A stretch of 35,639 nt of DNA from Folioceros fuciformis (taxonomy: Eukaryota), in the NCBI GenBank assembly GCA_049999805.1, contig JBNGIO010004533.1:1-35639 (forward strand), given 5' to 3'. Of this stretch, positions 10,649 to 20,735 are shown in pieces (positions within the stretch are counted from its first letter, which is position 1; the number at the start of each line of letters is the position of its first letter). The notes beneath the pieces are model-generated. The model saw only the letters and a list, made by a program, of their open reading frames with translations, had not been told where the DNA came from and did not search any database. Both the position numbers and the translations under genes were made by a program.

Positions 10649-13570
10649 CTATTGCCTGCTGTTGGCGTCCCGACTGTGTTTCAACTGTAAAGTTACCTCT
10701 TGTAGCAGTTCGTAGAGTTGCTCATGCTCTGGATGCTCGCAGTCTCCTACCACAAAACTACGTACTCCCTGCTCAAACTCAATCCAGCTCTGGCCAGGTT
10801 CCTTCCGGGCACCCTCCAGTTTCCTTAAAGCATGCACCTCCATGGCGCGGTGAGGAAGGCCAGCGGTAGCATAGATCTGAGACATCAAGATGTATGCAGC
10901 AGCATGTTTTGGCTGGAGACGAACTGCAAATTCAAAAGCCTCTCGTCCCAGCACTACGTTGCCGTGCTTCCGACAGGCACCCAACAAGCACAGCCAAATG
11001 TTTAAGTCAGGTTGTAATGGCATTCTGGCTATGAACTCTTGCACTTCTGTGAAGTGACCTGCGCGTCCATAGAGATCCACCATACTGACATAATGCTCAA
11101 TCTCTGGTGCCAATCCATGATCAAAGATCATGGATTCGAAGAATTTCACCCCTGTATCCACAAGGCCAGCATGACTGCATGCGGACAGAAGTGAAACAAA
11201 GGTAACAATGTCTGGCTTGATGCCCGCGACCTGCATTTTGGCATAGCACTGCAAGACTAGTTCACCACTTCCGTGCTGTGCATATCCTGCGATCATGGCA
11301 TTCCATGTCACCACATCTCGTTCAGGAAGTCTGTTGAAGACTTCACAGGCGTCCTGCAAGCTGCCACATTTTGAGAACATGTCCACCAAACAGTTACCGA
11401 TAAGTACGTCAGCCTCTAATCCTCGGTTCTGAATTTCGCGATGAAGTTGTTTCCCGCTCTGTAGAGCTCCAGCGGTCGCACATGCTTTCAAAAGGTAGGA
11501 AAAGGTGATGGGATGAGCTGGAGTGATCCCCTCAGCTTGCATAGAAGCATAGAGAGCAAGAGACTCAAGACCAAATCCATGATGAGCATATCCAGCGAGC
11601 ATTGCATTCCATGACCCAACATCTCTCACAGTCATCCTGTCGAACACACTGCGGGCATCCTCTAGGCTGCCGCATTTGGCATACATGTCCACCAGACAAT
11701 TTCCAATAATTACGTCAGATTGGAGCTCCCTTTCCTGGATCTGTAGATGCAGATTCTTGCCCTGATTTAAGTCTCCAATGCTTGCACATGCATTCAAGAG
11801 ACAAACGAATGTCACGTGATTTGCTGGGTAAATTCCCTCCTTCTGCATGCTGGCATAAAGAGCAAGTGACTCTTGCCCAAGTCCATGCTGAGCATAACCT
11901 GCAATCATGGCAGTCCATGTGACCACATCTTTGATAGTCAACGTGTCAAACACTTTCCGGGCATCCTCAGTGCTCCCACATTTTGCATACATGTCAATGA
12001 GGCTGTTGCCAATAACAACATTTGACTCTAAACCCTGATTCTGAATTTCAGAATGCAGCTTTTTGCCATGATGCAAAGCTTCAAGGCTTGCACAAGCCTT
12101 GAGGAGACACAAAAATGTCACAGCATCAGCGGGAGTCAGGCCCTCCTCTTCCATGGTCAGATAAAGAGAAAAGGCCTCCTGACTACATCCCTGCTGAGCG
12201 TATCCTGAAAGCATTGCGTTCCATGTGACTACGGTTTTCACAGGCAGATTGTCGAAGATTTCTCGCGCATCCTCTACACCACCACATTTTGCATACATAT
12301 CCACCAGGCAGTTGCTAATGACAACATCTGCTTCCAGTCCTCTTTCCTGTATCTCACAATGAAGTTGTTTGCCCTCATGCAAGGCACCAATGCTCGAGCA
12401 TGCTCGCAACAGGCAAACGTATGTCACATGATCGGCTGGAGTGATGCCCTCCTCTTGCATCCTCCTGTACAAAGAGAGGGCTTCCTGAACGAGACCATGC
12501 TCAGCATAACCAGCTATCATAGCAGTCCAGGTCACGACGTTCTTTGTAGGCAACGCGTCAAAAACTTCTCGTGCATCTTCTACACTCCCACATTTTGAAT
12601 ACATGTCCACAAGACTGTTGCCAACCACCAAATCAGCTTGGAATCCACGAATTTGAATTTGGGAGTGAAGGTCCCTACCCTCATTCAAGGCTCTGGAAGT
12701 GGCGCATGCTTTAGCAAGGGAAGCAAAAGTAGTATGATCAGCTGGAAGGCCGTCCTCCTGCTGCATCACTCCATACAAGCTCAGTGCCTCATGACCCAGC
12801 CCATGCTGGGCGTATCCTGTGATCATGGCATTCCAAGTCACAAGATTCCTCGTAGGCATCCTCTCAAACAATTTTCGAGCATCTTCCAAGTTTCCACATT
12901 TTGAATATCCTGTCACCATGGCAGTCCATGTCACTATATCCTTTTCTGGCATTGCATCAAATACAAAGTGGGCATCCTCCAAGCTGCCACATTTTGCGTA
13001 CATGTCTATCAAGGAGTTCCCAACAAATATATTTGCTCGAAAGTTGCTCCGCAAAATATCAGCGTGGATCTGCTTCCCTGATGCAAGATCCTCTGCACAC
13101 GCACACGCTTTCAGAACTGCTACAAAGACATAATTGTCCGGCGTAGCTGCTGCTAACTGTCGCATCTGTGCATAGAGTTCTATGGCATGCATAGCCTGCC
13201 CATGTTCAGCATGTGCCAGAATAATTGAAGACCACAAAAAAGTGTCTACATCAGGCAGGCTGGTAAATACCTGGGCTGCTTCTCGCAACATCCCATGAGA
13301 AGCATACATCCGGATGATGTGGTTGGCCAAGAAGGTGTTTAACTGATACCCGGTCTTGCATATAAGCGCATGAATGAGCCTCCCAACATGAAGATACTTC
13401 TTTGAAATGCACAGTTTAAGGACACGGTACATGACAGGTGTAGAGATATAAAAACCTCGCTCCACCAGCAGGCCCAACTGCTCGATCGTGGCGCGGACCT
13501 GTCCCTCCTCAGTCCAGATCTCAGCACCTGGAGCTGCTTCATACTCGACCGGCCTACACGACCGAAGGAA
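10649..13570 (-). CDS. PLS-class PPR protein, E+ type (no DYW core); main exon, with a probable first exon around 13994
   Basis: Repeated P-L-S triplets (six DM(Y/F)xKCG S motifs plus one SS motif), then P2-L2-S2, E1/E2 and KEPGQSWIE..FVVGD..HP before the stop. The frame is open up to TAG 13573-13571 with no ATG upstream of the conserved N-terminal block, which implies an intron. The upstream ORF MKKGRHLV resembles MKRAGNVV in the paralog. Confidence 0.93.
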   Translation of the reverse strand, partial: FLRSCRPVEYEAAPGAEIWTEEGQVRATIEQLGLLVERGFYISTPVMYRVLKLCISKKYLHVGRLIHALICKTGYQLNTFLANHIIRMYASHGMLREAAQVFTSLPDVDTFLWSSIILAHAEHGQAMHAIELYAQMRQLAAATPDNYVFVAVLKACACAEDLASGKQIHADILRSNFRANIFVGNSLIDMYAKCGSLEDAHFVFDAMPEKDIVTWTAMVTGYSKCGNLEDARKLFERMPTRNLVTWNAMITGYAQHGLGHEALSLYGVMQQEDGLPADHTTFASLAKACATSRALNEGRDLHSQIQIRGFQADLVVGNSLVDMYSKCGSVEDAREVFDALPTKNVVTWTAMIAGYAEHGLVQEALSLYRRMQEEGITPADHVTYVCLLRACSSIGALHEGKQLHCEIQERGLEADVVISNCLVDMYAKCGGVEDAREIFDNLPVKTVVTWNAMLSGYAQQGCSQEAFSLYLTMEEEGLTPADAVTFLCLLKACASLEALHHGKKLHSEIQNQGLESNVVIGNSLIDMYAKCGSTEDARKVFDTLTIKDVVTWTAMIAGYAQHGLGQESLALYASMQKEGIYPANHVTFVCLLNACASIGDLNQGKNLHLQIQERELQSDVIIGNCLVDMYAKCGSLEDARSVFDRMTVRDVGSWNAMLAGYAHHGFGLESLALYASMQAEGITPAHPITFSYLLKACATAGALQSGKQLHREIQNRGLEADVLIGNCLVDMFSKCGSLQDACEVFNRLPERDVVTWNAMIAGYAQHGSGELVLQCYAKMQVAGIKPDIVTFVSLLSACSHAGLVDTGVKFFESMIFDHGLAPEIEHYVSMVDLYGRAGHFTEVQEFIARMPLQPDLNIWLCLLGACRKHGNVVLGREAFEFAVRLQPKHAAAYILMSQIYATAGLPHRAMEVHALRKLEGARKEPGQSWIEFEQGVRSFVVGDCEHPEHEQLYELLQEVTLQLKHSRDANSRQ

Positions 13571-14414
13571 CTATCAAACACGGTCATTGCACAAGCAGCT
13601 TATTTGCCATGCGACAACAGTCTTCAAAGATTACAAAATCACACTGTACTACACGCAAGTGCCGCTGAAAACCTACAAACCTGCAAAAGTCGTCAGGTCC
13701 CTCGTGCTCAGGTCTGTGGGTGCGACACACAGCATTGAGAACTGGTGGCTTTCTTCCATCATCGGACGGAGGTGAGAAATCCACCAAGGCTGGGGCTATA
13801 GAGTGCTTGTTGCTCTGGTTGTCCCAGCACAGTACAGGATCGGTCGGCTTCTGTGCACTTGATTCCCGGGGGCTGGTTTCATACTTGCAAAGCTCTGCTG
13901 CTCCTGCCCACGATGACCTGCAACAGTCCTTCAAATCGCTGCATCTGAAGTGACCTTGAATCAAAGGAGTCACCAAATGGCGACCTTTCTTCATTTGCCC
14001 TGTGATAGGGCCATCACGCTGCCGACCGCCCTTTTCTCTTCAGGCAGGGACGCGTGATCCCATCGCTCCTAACTTGAAAGCTGGGCTTTTCACCGTTGTT
14101 GGCACTTTCTGCATAACGGCCTACTGAATCGGCGAAGCATCTTGGTCGTCAAACAAATCAGAACAGCTCATTCATCGTCCCAAGCGTGAGGCCAGCCAAG
14201 GCACAATTTAACCGCCGAATTCCGACGTGCAAGGAGAGATTAGTCACTGCACCTCGACAGGCAAACTGTCGTACTGAAAGGGACTTCAACGATAGCCGAT
14301 CCAGATGTCTTTTCGATGTTTTTTCTTGTTCAACCCTGGATGTTGATATCTCTCGCTGGGCGTTGTCTGTGTTCTGTGGAATCCGTTTTCTGGCGAGGGC
14401 TCATTGTGAACTCT

Positions 14415-16688
14415 CTATGACGTCGCCGTTGTGACAGTTCCGTGACCTTCCTTCTGCAGCTGAAGCCTCACTTTTGCTAAGAAGTCGTAAAGTTCTTCAT
14501 GTTGAGGATGCTGGCCGTCTCCAACCAGAAAAGTATGCACTTCTTGTTCATGCTCGATCCAGCTCTGGCCAGGCTCCTTCCATCCACCTTGCTTCTCCCT
14601 TAACATATGCAGCTCTGTTGCATGTTCAGAGATACCCGCACCAGCGTAGATATGTGACATCAAGAGATACGCAGCTGAGTGCACGGGCTCAAGGTGTACT
14701 GCACAGCTGAAAGCCTCTTCTCCCAGCACAATGTCTCCGTGTTTGCGACAGGCACCAAGTAAACACAACCACAAGGCCAGATTAGGCTGCATCGGCATGG
14801 TCAACATCAAGGCTTCCACCTGTTTGAAGCATCCTGCACGCCCAAAGAGGTCGACCATACTAACATAATGCTCTATCCCTGGTGTTATTTCATGTTCTCT
14901 CATCATGGATTCGAAGTACTGAACCCCCCTGTCCACCAAACCAGCATGGCGGCATGCAGAAAGAATTGAAAGAAAGGTGACGTCGTTGGGCTTAACCCCT
15001 GCCTGCTGCATTCTGTCATAGCACTGCAGGGCTTCTTTGTAGTACCCATGTTGAGCGTATCCTGCAAGCATCGCATTCCATGCCACAACATCTCTGACGG
15101 ACAGCTTTTGGAATACTTTGCAAGCATCGTCCAAGCTGCCACATTTTGCATACATGTCCAGCAGGCAGTTGCCTACAACCAGATCGGTTTCTAGTCCAAT
15201 TTCCTCGATTTGGGAGTGTAATTTCTTTCCTTGATTTAAGGCTCCAACGCTTGCGCATGTTTTCAACAGGCAGACGTATGTGACATTGTCAGCTGGAGTG
15301 ATACCCTCCTCTTGCATCCTTGTGTACAAACGGAGCGCTTCTTGACAAAGGCCTTGCTCAGCATATCCAGCAATTAAAGCAGTCCATGTCACCACATTTT
15401 TTGCGGGCAGTCGGTCGAACACTGTACGTGCATCCTCTACACACCCGCATTTCGCATACATGTCCACCAGCCCGTTGCCTACAAACACCTCAGCTTCCAG
15501 TCCACGTATTTGAATCTGAGAGTGAAGGTGCTTCCCCTCATTCAAAGCTCTAAGGCCAGCACAAGCCTTCACCAGGGAGGCAAAAGTAGTATGATCAGCT
15601 GGAGGGCCGTCCTCCTGTTGCATCCTTGCATACAATCTCAGGGCCTCCTGGCCCATCCCATGCTGAGAATATCCTGTGATCATGGCATTCCAGGATACAA
15701 GATTCCTTGCAGGCATTCTGTCAAACAATCTGCGAGCATCTTCCAAATTTCCACACTTTGCATATCCGGTCACCATAGCAGTCCATGTCACTGTATCCTT
15801 TCTGGGCATTGCATCAAACACAGAGCGAGCATCTTCCAAGTTGCCACACTTCGAATACATGTCTACCAAGGAGTTGCTGACGAATATGTTTGCTTTCAAG
15901 TCACTCCGTAGCACATCAGCATGGACCTGCTTCCCTGCTGCCAGATCTTGTGCGCCCGCACATGCTTTCAGCACTGCTACGAATACATGATTGTCGGGTG
16001 GGGCTGCTGCTGAATGTCGCATCTGTCGGTACAGTCTTATAGCATGCATTGGCTGCCCATTCTCGGCATGTGCCAAGATAATCGAAGACCACAAAAACAA
16101 GTCCAGTTCATCCAGGCTGGTGAAGACCTGGGTCACTTCGTCCAACATCCCATGAGAAGCGTACATGCGGATAATGTGGTTAGCCAGGAACGTGTTTGAC
16201 TGATATCCAGTCTTGAGAGCCAGTGCATGAATGATCCTCCCGACCGCAACATCCTTCCTTACCATGCACAGTTTAAGGACATGGTAGATGAGAGATGCTG
16301 AGACGAAAAATCCTCGTTCCACCAGACAGCCCAAGGCTTCGACAGCATCATCAAGAACTCCCTCCTCAGGCCAAATCTCTGTCTCCCTGCAAGGCGCAGA
16401 AGCTGTCAAATAAACAGCCCATAAGACTTGCAGACATGAAAGCAGATGGGTGAAGCCAAACCTCCCCAATTCGTCAAAGTCTGGGCGTTCAGGTGCAGGC
16501 TTGCTGGAAGGACCCGCAGCCTTGTGTGGCCCTCCTTCCTGCAAGACACCCAACAGAACCGAACTGGCCCCGTGCTTGACGGCCCCGCAGAATGGCATTG
16601 TCGGTGACAGACGTCGTGTGGACGGCTTCATCAAGCGGGCCACCACATTGCCCGCTCTCTTCATTTGTGTCTTTGCCAAGGGCTCCAT
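14415..16688 (-). CDS. PLS-class PPR protein, E+ type (no DYW core)
   Basis: 757-aa ORF with three DMYxKCG S motifs plus an SS motif, E1/E2, and KEPGQSWIE..FLVGD..HP, then a stop. Confidence 0.95.
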   Translation of the reverse strand: MEPLAKTQMKRAGNVVARLMKPSTRRLSPTMPFCGAVKHGASSVLLGVLQEGGPHKAAGPSSKPAPERPDFDELGRFGFTHLLSCLQVLWAVYLTASAPCRETEIWPEEGVLDDAVEALGCLVERGFFVSASLIYHVLKLCMVRKDVAVGRIIHALALKTGYQSNTFLANHIIRMYASHGMLDEVTQVFTSLDELDLFLWSSIILAHAENGQPMHAIRLYRQMRHSAAAPPDNHVFVAVLKACAGAQDLAAGKQVHADVLRSDLKANIFVSNSLVDMYSKCGNLEDARSVFDAMPRKDTVTWTAMVTGYAKCGNLEDARRLFDRMPARNLVSWNAMITGYSQHGMGQEALRLYARMQQEDGPPADHTTFASLVKACAGLRALNEGKHLHSQIQIRGLEAEVFVGNGLVDMYAKCGCVEDARTVFDRLPAKNVVTWTALIAGYAEQGLCQEALRLYTRMQEEGITPADNVTYVCLLKTCASVGALNQGKKLHSQIEEIGLETDLVVGNCLLDMYAKCGSLDDACKVFQKLSVRDVVAWNAMLAGYAQHGYYKEALQCYDRMQQAGVKPNDVTFLSILSACRHAGLVDRGVQYFESMMREHEITPGIEHYVSMVDLFGRAGCFKQVEALMLTMPMQPNLALWLCLLGACRKHGDIVLGEEAFSCAVHLEPVHSAAYLLMSHIYAGAGISEHATELHMLREKQGGWKEPGQSWIEHEQEVHTFLVGDGQHPQHEELYDFLAKVRLQLQKEGHGTVTTATS

Positions 16689-16931
16689 CAGATCTGGATC
16701 GTCAATTGCGATGGATCAGCTGGGCTTGTGTTGTTGGGAGGAATTTTCCATGGCATCATGGCAAACATTTGGAGCTGTACGCGGGGGCTTGACAGGGGTT
16801 TGCAGGGCGACCCACGATCAGGGGAGGCGGTGCTTCCATGTGGAGGCGAATTGCAGAGACCCGGCTACCACTGCCGAGATGTTTGTGAGGACTTCGGGAG
16901 GTCCTAGCTCCTTGCTCAGCTTGCCTTTTGG

Positions 16932-19900
16932 ATGTCATCTCTTGCTGCGCGCAGCGCGGTTAAGTCATGCCGCAGTTATCCGGGTTGCGGCAGCCACAGG
17001 CAGCACAGCGTTGCCTGTTTCGACACTTGCTTGGCAGGGCCTCCGAGTGGGAGGCTAACAGGTAGCTCAGAGCTGAGCGAGACCGTGAAAGTGTTGGAGA
17101 GAGGACCCGAATCAACCCCATCTCTGTTAAGTCGGGTCCTCAGAAGGTGCATAGCACAAAAGGATATTGGACTTGGGAGGCGTGTGCATGCTGTTTGTCG
17201 AGCAGGCGGGCATGAGTCGGATGCATTCGTGGCCAACGATATTATTCGCATGTATGCTTCTCATGGAATGCTGCAGGAAGCAAACGATGTGTTTACCAAA
17301 TTTGCTACCCCAGACGCGTTTGTGTGGTTTTCCATCATTCAGGCACATGCACAGCTGGGACAGCCTCGTCGTGCTATACAACTGTACAGAGAAATGCAAC
17401 AGGATTCAGGTGTGCAGCTTAACAACTACATCTATGGTGCAGTTCTCAAGGCCTGTGCATGTATAGCAGACTTGGTCTCTGGCAGGCAGGTGCATGCTGA
17501 TGTTTTGGGAAACACGGTGGAGCCCAATATTTATGTGGGCAGCTGCCTGGTGGACATGTATACCAAATGTGGGAGCCTAGAGGATGCTCGCAGAGTGTTT
17601 GACAGCTTGACCAAGAAAGATGTGGTGTCCTGGAATGGCATGATTGCAGGGTATGCTCAGAAGGGGCTTGGCCGTGAAGCTCTTTCTCTCTATGGAGCAA
17701 TGCAAAAGGAGGCCACCACTCCAGCAAATCACGTCACATTTGCCTCCCTGCTCAAAGCATGTGCAAGCGTGGGGGCTTTGCATGAGGGTAAGGGTATCCA
17801 TTCGGACATTCGGGTACGAGGACTTGAAGCCGACGTGTTTCTTGGAGGCTGCCTCGTGGATATGTATGTCAAATGTGGGTGTTTGGATGATGCTTGCAGA
17901 GTGTTTGACGCTATGCCAACTAGAGATGTAGTCACGTGGAACGCCATGCTTGCAGTATATGCTCGGCGAGATCTTTCTCAGAAGTGCATATCTCTTTACG
18001 CTAGTATGCAGGAGGAGGGCATCACCCAACCTGATCCTGTCACATTTCTGTGCCTGCTGAAAGCGTGCGTAAGCTGTGGGGACTTACATCAAGGCAAGCA
18101 GCTTCATTCTCAAATTTTGCAAAGAGGGCTAGAAAGTGATCTGGCCCTCGGCAACAGCATTGTGGACATGTATGCAAAATGTGGCAGCTTGATGGATGCA
18201 TGCAGAGTCTTTGAAATGTTGCCTACCAAAGATCTGGTGACATGGAATGCCATGATTACAGGTTATTGCAGTAACGGGCTTGGCCACGAAGCTCTCTCGG
18301 TTTATACAAGGATGCAGCAGGAGGGTGTGATGTCGGCGGACAAGATAACATTTTCCTGTCTTTTGAAAGCATGTGGGAGTATCAGGAATTTGAATGAAGG
18401 GAAGAAGCTTCATTCCCGAATTCGGCACAGTGGATTGCAAGGTGATGTGGTCATAAGCAACTGTCTGATGGACATGTATGCAAAATGTGGGAACTTAGTG
18501 GATGCCCGCAAGATTTTTGATGGGTTGCCCACTAAGGATGTGGTGTCTTGGAATACAATGATCTCAGGATATGGTGAGCACGGCCTGGGTCAAGAAGCTC
18601 TTGGTCTGTTTGCAAGTATGCAGGAAGAGGGGATGACCCCCGCAGATCGTGTGACTTTTATATCTCTTCTGAAAGCGTGTGGAAGCATGGGCGCGTTAGA
18701 TGCAGGAAAGGCGCTTCACCTGAAGATTCAAGAGAATGAGCTGGAAGGTGATCAAGTCATTGGCAACTGTCTGGTGGACATGTACGCCAAATGTGGCAGT
18801 TTAGAGGACGCTAGCAAAGTGTTTCACAGTTTGCCCAAGAAAGATTTGGTTAGTTGGAATGCACTGCTCTCCGGCTTTGTCCAGCAGGGGCTTGGTGTAG
18901 AGTGCCTCTCTGTGTACGAAAGAATGCAACAGGAATGCATCGCTCGAGGGGATCACATCACTCTTGTATCTGTTTTGAAGGCATGTGCCATCAGTGGAGA
19001 CCTGCATCAGGGGATGCAGCTTCATTCCCAGATTCAACTTCAGGGCATTGAAGGTGATGTAATCATCGGAAATTGCCTGGTGGACATGTATTCAAAATGC
19101 GGAAGTGTGGATCGTGCTCGTAAGGTTTTTGAGCGGTTACCCACAAAGAACATTGTAACATGGAATGCAATGATAGGGGGATATGCTCAGCATGGGCTGG
19201 GGCAAGAAGCTCTTGCCCTTTATGCTCGTTTGCAGCAAGAGGGCAAGCACTCGGCGAATCACGTCACCTTCGTGTGCCTCCTGAAAGCATGCGCCAACAG
19301 TGTATCTTTGAGTGAGGGCAAGGAGCTTCATTCCCAGATTCGGGAGAGAAATCTGGAAGGCGACGTAGTGATTGGCAACTGCCTTGTGGACATGTATGCA
19401 AAATGTAGCAGCTTAGAGGAGGCCCGCAAAATGTTTGAGAAGGTTTCCAGGAAGGATGTTGTAACGTGGAATTCGATGCTGGCAGCCTACGCTCAGAACG
19501 GGCTCGGTCAGGAATCCCTCGCCCTGTATTCCAGGATGCAAAAGGAGGGTGTCACAATTGCAGATCAAGTGACGTTCGTGTGCCTGCTAAAGGCTTGCTC
19601 CCGTACTGGGTCTTTACTTAAGGGCAAGGATCTCCACTCTCAGATCAAGGAAAGGGGACTGGAAGGTGATGCGGTTCTGGGAAACAGCCTGGTAGACATG
19701 TACGCCAGATGCGGTAGCCTAGAGGATGCTCGTAGCGTGTTTGACAGCCTGCCTTCCAAGGACTTGGTGACATGGAATGTGATGATCACAGGATACGCTC
19801 AACATGAAGAGGGGGAAGAAGCTCTCACGCTTTACTCAAAAATGCAACAGGAGGGAATAACAGCAGCCGACAGCATCACATTTGCGTGCCTGCTGAAATC

Positions 19901-20735
19901 CTGTGCCAGCGTTGGAGCAGTCCAAAAGGGGAAGCAGCTCCATTCTCAGATTCGGCGTCAAGGGTTAGAAGCCGATCTCCTTGTGGGTAACTGCCTGGTG
20001 GACATGTATGCCAAGTGCGGGAGCTTAGAAGACGCATGCAGGGTGTTCGAAGCCCTGCACGCAAAGGACGTTGTTACATGGACTGCCATGATCTCCGGAT
20101 ACGCGCAGCACGGCTTCGGGAAAGAAGCAGTCCAGTGCTTTGAGGAAATGCGGGCGGCGGGCATCCGGCCAGATGAGGTGACATTTGTGTCTCTTTTGTC
20201 TGCATGCAGCCATGGCGGCCTGGTCGAACAAGGGGCCGAGTACTTTGAATGCATGGCCAGAGACTTCAACATCACGCCAGAGATAGAGCACTACATCAGC
20301 ATGGTGGATCTTCTGGGACGCGCAGGCCGCTTCGCAGAGGTGGAGGCTGTGCTGTCGAAGATGCCCATGCAGCCGGATCTGGCGACGTGGCTGTGCCTGC
20401 TCGCAGCTTGTAGGAAGCACGGCAACCTGACGTTCGCCGATGAGGCCTTTCGGTGTGCCGTGAGCCTCCGGCCAACGCATCCGGCTGCGTATTTAGTGAT
20501 GTCGCACATTTACGCCGATGCCGGACTGTTGGAGCGTGCAAATGAGGTACTGGCATTGAGGCAGCAGAAAGGCGCCCAGAACCAGCCCGGGCGCAGCTGG
20601 ATCGAGCAGGACTCCGAGCTACACACGTTCGTGGTAGGCGACCACCTGCTTCCACGGCTTAAGCCGATACGCGATATGCTAGTGGAGCTGAGCTGGAAGG
20701 TAAGGTGTGCAGAACAAATCTGCCAACCAAGCTAA
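16932..20735 (+). CDS. Long PLS-class PPR protein, E+ type (no DYW core), with a probable organellar transit peptide
   Basis: 1267-aa uninterrupted ORF with a Ser/Arg/Ala-rich N-terminus, nine DMYx(K/R)C S motifs, E1/E2, and NQPGRSWIE..FVVGD, then a stop. Confidence 0.96.
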   Translation: MSSLAARSAVKSCRSYPGCGSHRQHSVACFDTCLAGPPSGRLTGSSELSETVKVLERGPESTPSLLSRVLRRCIAQKDIGLGRRVHAVCRAGGHESDAFVANDIIRMYASHGMLQEANDVFTKFATPDAFVWFSIIQAHAQLGQPRRAIQLYREMQQDSGVQLNNYIYGAVLKACACIADLVSGRQVHADVLGNTVEPNIYVGSCLVDMYTKCGSLEDARRVFDSLTKKDVVSWNGMIAGYAQKGLGREALSLYGAMQKEATTPANHVTFASLLKACASVGALHEGKGIHSDIRVRGLEADVFLGGCLVDMYVKCGCLDDACRVFDAMPTRDVVTWNAMLAVYARRDLSQKCISLYASMQEEGITQPDPVTFLCLLKACVSCGDLHQGKQLHSQILQRGLESDLALGNSIVDMYAKCGSLMDACRVFEMLPTKDLVTWNAMITGYCSNGLGHEALSVYTRMQQEGVMSADKITFSCLLKACGSIRNLNEGKKLHSRIRHSGLQGDVVISNCLMDMYAKCGNLVDARKIFDGLPTKDVVSWNTMISGYGEHGLGQEALGLFASMQEEGMTPADRVTFISLLKACGSMGALDAGKALHLKIQENELEGDQVIGNCLVDMYAKCGSLEDASKVFHSLPKKDLVSWNALLSGFVQQGLGVECLSVYERMQQECIARGDHITLVSVLKACAISGDLHQGMQLHSQIQLQGIEGDVIIGNCLVDMYSKCGSVDRARKVFERLPTKNIVTWNAMIGGYAQHGLGQEALALYARLQQEGKHSANHVTFVCLLKACANSVSLSEGKELHSQIRERNLEGDVVIGNCLVDMYAKCSSLEEARKMFEKVSRKDVVTWNSMLAAYAQNGLGQESLALYSRMQKEGVTIADQVTFVCLLKACSRTGSLLKGKDLHSQIKERGLEGDAVLGNSLVDMYARCGSLEDARSVFDSLPSKDLVTWNVMITGYAQHEEGEEALTLYSKMQQEGITAADSITFACLLKSCASVGAVQKGKQLHSQIRRQGLEADLLVGNCLVDMYAKCGSLEDACRVFEALHAKDVVTWTAMISGYAQHGFGKEAVQCFEEMRAAGIRPDEVTFVSLLSACSHGGLVEQGAEYFECMARDFNITPEIEHYISMVDLLGRAGRFAEVEAVLSKMPMQPDLATWLCLLAACRKHGNLTFADEAFRCAVSLRPTHPAAYLVMSHIYADAGLLERANEVLALRQQKGAQNQPGRSWIEQDSELHTFVVGDHLLPRLKPIRDMLVELSWKVRCAEQICQPS

